From Deltaproteobacteria bacterium (GTDB lineage: Bacteria > SAR324 > NAC60-12), in assembly GCA_011522845.1 (NCBI GenBank), contig WTIF01000013.1, positions 1 to 37,064 on the forward strand: a DNA stretch of 37,064 nucleotides. Reading direction: 5' to 3'. Every line of letters starts with the position of its first letter. The stretch's first letter is position 1. The notes below the pieces were generated by a model. It saw only the letters and a list, made by a program, of their open reading frames with translations. It ran no database searches and was not told where the DNA came from. The position numbers were made by a program, and so were the translations under genes. This document shows positions 35,544 through 37,064 of the stretch, in pieces.

Positions 35544-36724
35544 CCATTGCCGCTCCAATTGCCAACTCCCTCCAACGTGCCTCCTGGATCCGCCAGATGT
35601 TCGAAGCCGGCGCCCGACTCAAGCAGCAGTACGGGGCCGACCAGGTCTTTGACTTCTCGCTGGGCAATCCCATCCTTGAGCCTCCTGCCAAGGTGCACGA
35701 GACCCTACACGCTCTGCTCGATGATCCAGCGCCCGGACATCACCGCTACATGCCCAACGGCGGCTTCCCTGCAGTACGGGAGTACCTGGCCAACGAGCTG
35801 AGAGAAGAGCAAGGATTACCCTTCGAAAAAGAAGACATCGTGCTCTGTGTTGGCGCCGGAGGAGGACTGAACGTAGTCGCCAAGGCCTTGCTCGAACCCG
35901 GAGATGAGGTTGTCGCGCTGGCGCCCTATTTTGTGGAGTACGGCTTCTATGTGCAGAATCACGGGGGAGTGTTGACCGTGGCCAAGACTCGACAGGAGGA
36001 TTTTTTGCCGGACCTGGAAGCGCTGGAAGCAGTGATGACCCCGAAGACCCGAGCGATCATTGTCAACTCGCCCAACAACCCAACTGGCGTGGTCTATTCC
36101 CAGGCAGTACTCGACGAACTCGGCAGTTGGCTGCGTACCCAGGAGCAGCGTTTTGGTCGTCCGATTTACCTGATTGCTGATGAGCCCTACCGCAAGCTGC
36201 TCTTTGATGAGGTAACCAATGGCTCCGTACTCAAGGCCCATCCCAACTCGATCCTGATTACCTCACATTCCAAGGACCTAGGACTGGCCGGAGAGCGAAT
36301 CGGCTACATCGCTCTGCATCCGGAAGTTCCAGATCGTGCTCTCTGGCAGGAAGCGCTGGTCTTCACCAATCGAATCTTAGGCTTCGTCAATGCCCCGGCA
36401 CTGATGCAACGGGCGCTACCTCATCTGCGTGGAGTGCAGGTCGATATTGGCTTCTATCAGCAGCTGCGTGATCAGGTCTGTGGCTTGATGGAAGAAGTCG
36501 GAATTTCTTGTGTGCGGCCCCAGGGAGCGTTCTACCTGTTCCCACAGGCGCTGGAAGAAGATGACGTGGCCTTCGTGCGTCGAGCCCAGGAAGAAAAGCT
36601 CCTACTGGTTCCCGGCTCCGGCTTTGGCTGGCCTGGTTGCTTCCGGCTCTCCTACTGCTGCCCGGGTTCAGTCATTGAGAATTCACGGGAGGCTTGGCTA
36701 CGATTGGTGGAGAGCTATCGGTAG
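35540..36724 (+). CDS. Pyridoxal-phosphate-dependent aminotransferase, class I (Asp/Ala aminotransferase-like)
   Basis: NSPNNPTG, SHSKDLGLAGERIGY (PLP lysine), and a C-terminal FRLSY. ATGA overlap with gluQ. Confidence 0.85.
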   Translation: MTIAAPIANSLQRASWIRQMFEAGARLKQQYGADQVFDFSLGNPILEPPAKVHETLHALLDDPAPGHHRYMPNGGFPAVREYLANELREEQGLPFEKEDIVLCVGAGGGLNVVAKALLEPGDEVVALAPYFVEYGFYVQNHGGVLTVAKTRQEDFLPDLEALEAVMTPKTRAIIVNSPNNPTGVVYSQAVLDELGSWLRTQEQRFGRPIYLIADEPYRKLLFDEVTNGSVLKAHPNSILITSHSKDLGLAGERIGYIALHPEVPDRALWQEALVFTNRILGFVNAPALMQRALPHLRGVQVDIGFYQQLRDQVCGLMEEVGISCVRPQGAFYLFPQALEEDDVAFVRRAQEEKLLLVPGSGFGWPGCFRLSYCCPGSVIENSREAWLRLVESYR

Positions 36725-36824
36725 GTGCTGAACTCTGAAAGTTGTCTCTCATTCGACCTGGCCGACCAACTTCTCCCGGATGGAGCTGTGATGGTGAATC
36801 ACCTTCTACGGAGTCCTTTCTTGC

Positions 36825-37064
36825 TCAGTTAGATTTTTCTTCACCCAACTCGGCAAAGTTTGAAATCCTGACAGTTCCTTCGGGGAAGCGTGCAATCACT
36901 TCTAACTCTCCCCCCATTGCCTCAATGTGACTGCGCAGGGTGGAGATGTACATATCAGTTCGTTTTTCTATCCTAGCAATTGTGGGTTACTGAACATGTA
37001 GTGCAGTGGCCAAGTCCTTTTGGGACAATCCCCGGGCCTGTTGCAATTCCTGGAGAGGCACGGA
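36825..37064 (-). pseudogene. XRE-family HTH (HigA-like antitoxin-type) gene interrupted by an in-frame TAA; 5' end lies outside the window
   Basis: Hand translation of the minus strand: ..LQELQQARGLSQKDLATALHVQ*PTIARIEKRTDMYISTLRSHIEAMGGELEVIARFPEGTVRISNFAELGEEKSN*. The stop at 36987-36989 lies inside the HTH. Confidence 0.6.

Noticed and set aside
36742-36930. 62-aa plus-strand ORF after the aminotransferase
   Set aside because: It is antisense to the XRE-like reading frame, which has clear family resemblance. Its product is low-complexity with no motif.
36987-36989. TAA as a reassigned sense codon
   Set aside because: TAA terminates other well-supported genes in the window (antiporter 2 at 12281-12283, the receiver at 12716-18). 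A genome-wide recoding is therefore not supported, and pseudogenisation or sequencing error is more parsimonious.
1-37064. Scan for CRISPR arrays, tRNA/rRNA genes, IS elements or integrases
   Set aside because: All intergenic spacers are 253 bp or shorter. None shows tRNA-like cloverleaf arms or regularly spaced direct repeats. No ORF has transposase or integrase motifs. Nothing to report.

Overview
This is a 37-kb, very tightly packed chromosomal window from a diderm (Gram-negative) bacterium. The diderm call rests on msbA, kpsF, F0 ATP synthase genes and an ISC Fe-S system with HscBA. GC is roughly 50% by eye. The AtpE sequence style (GIGQG...IESLxIYALV) loosely suggests a delta-proteobacterial or Bdellovibrionota-like lineage, but that is only a guess. 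I found no rRNA, tRNA, CRISPR array, transposase or integrase. Gene order: msbA (5' truncated); iscR-iscS-iscU-hscB-hscA; a convergent SDR/DUF2867-like oxidoreductase and kpsF; two tandem paralogous CPA2-type cation/proton antiporters followed by an orphan CheY-like receiver; a small accessory-looking patch (HNH nuclease translationally coupled to a membrane-anchored thioredoxin-like protein, divergent from a TerB-like protein); a 9.4-kb co-directional, stop/start-overlapping minus-strand run (recA-selU-TPR protein-cmk-nucleotidyltransferase/LbH-glmS-degenerate homocysteine-methyltransferase-like); uxs followed by an unusual propeller/TPR-TM-J-domain protein, a CPXCG zinc-ribbon protein and two membrane proteins; era plus an unknown membrane/helical-repeat protein; a small lipoprotein; a GDPD phosphodiesterase; an F0-only atp module (orf99-atpZ-like-atpI-atpB-atpE, then a terminator); gluQ; a class I aminotransferase; and an XRE-type HTH gene interrupted by an in-frame TAA at the window edge. 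Candidates most worth a second look: (1) the bitopic periplasmic beta-propeller/TPR - TM - coiled-coil - J-domain protein and its co-operonic partners; (2) the twin antiporters whose RCK-like domains have both lost the glycine loop, with the attached receiver; (3) the HNH/thioredoxin-like/TerB patch; (4) a zinc-ligand-less homocysteine-methyltransferase-fold protein coupled to glmS; (5) a perfect 24-bp CACGTG-centred palindrome, duplicated, upstream of the isc operon. All functional calls come from motif recognition by eye. No database search was run.
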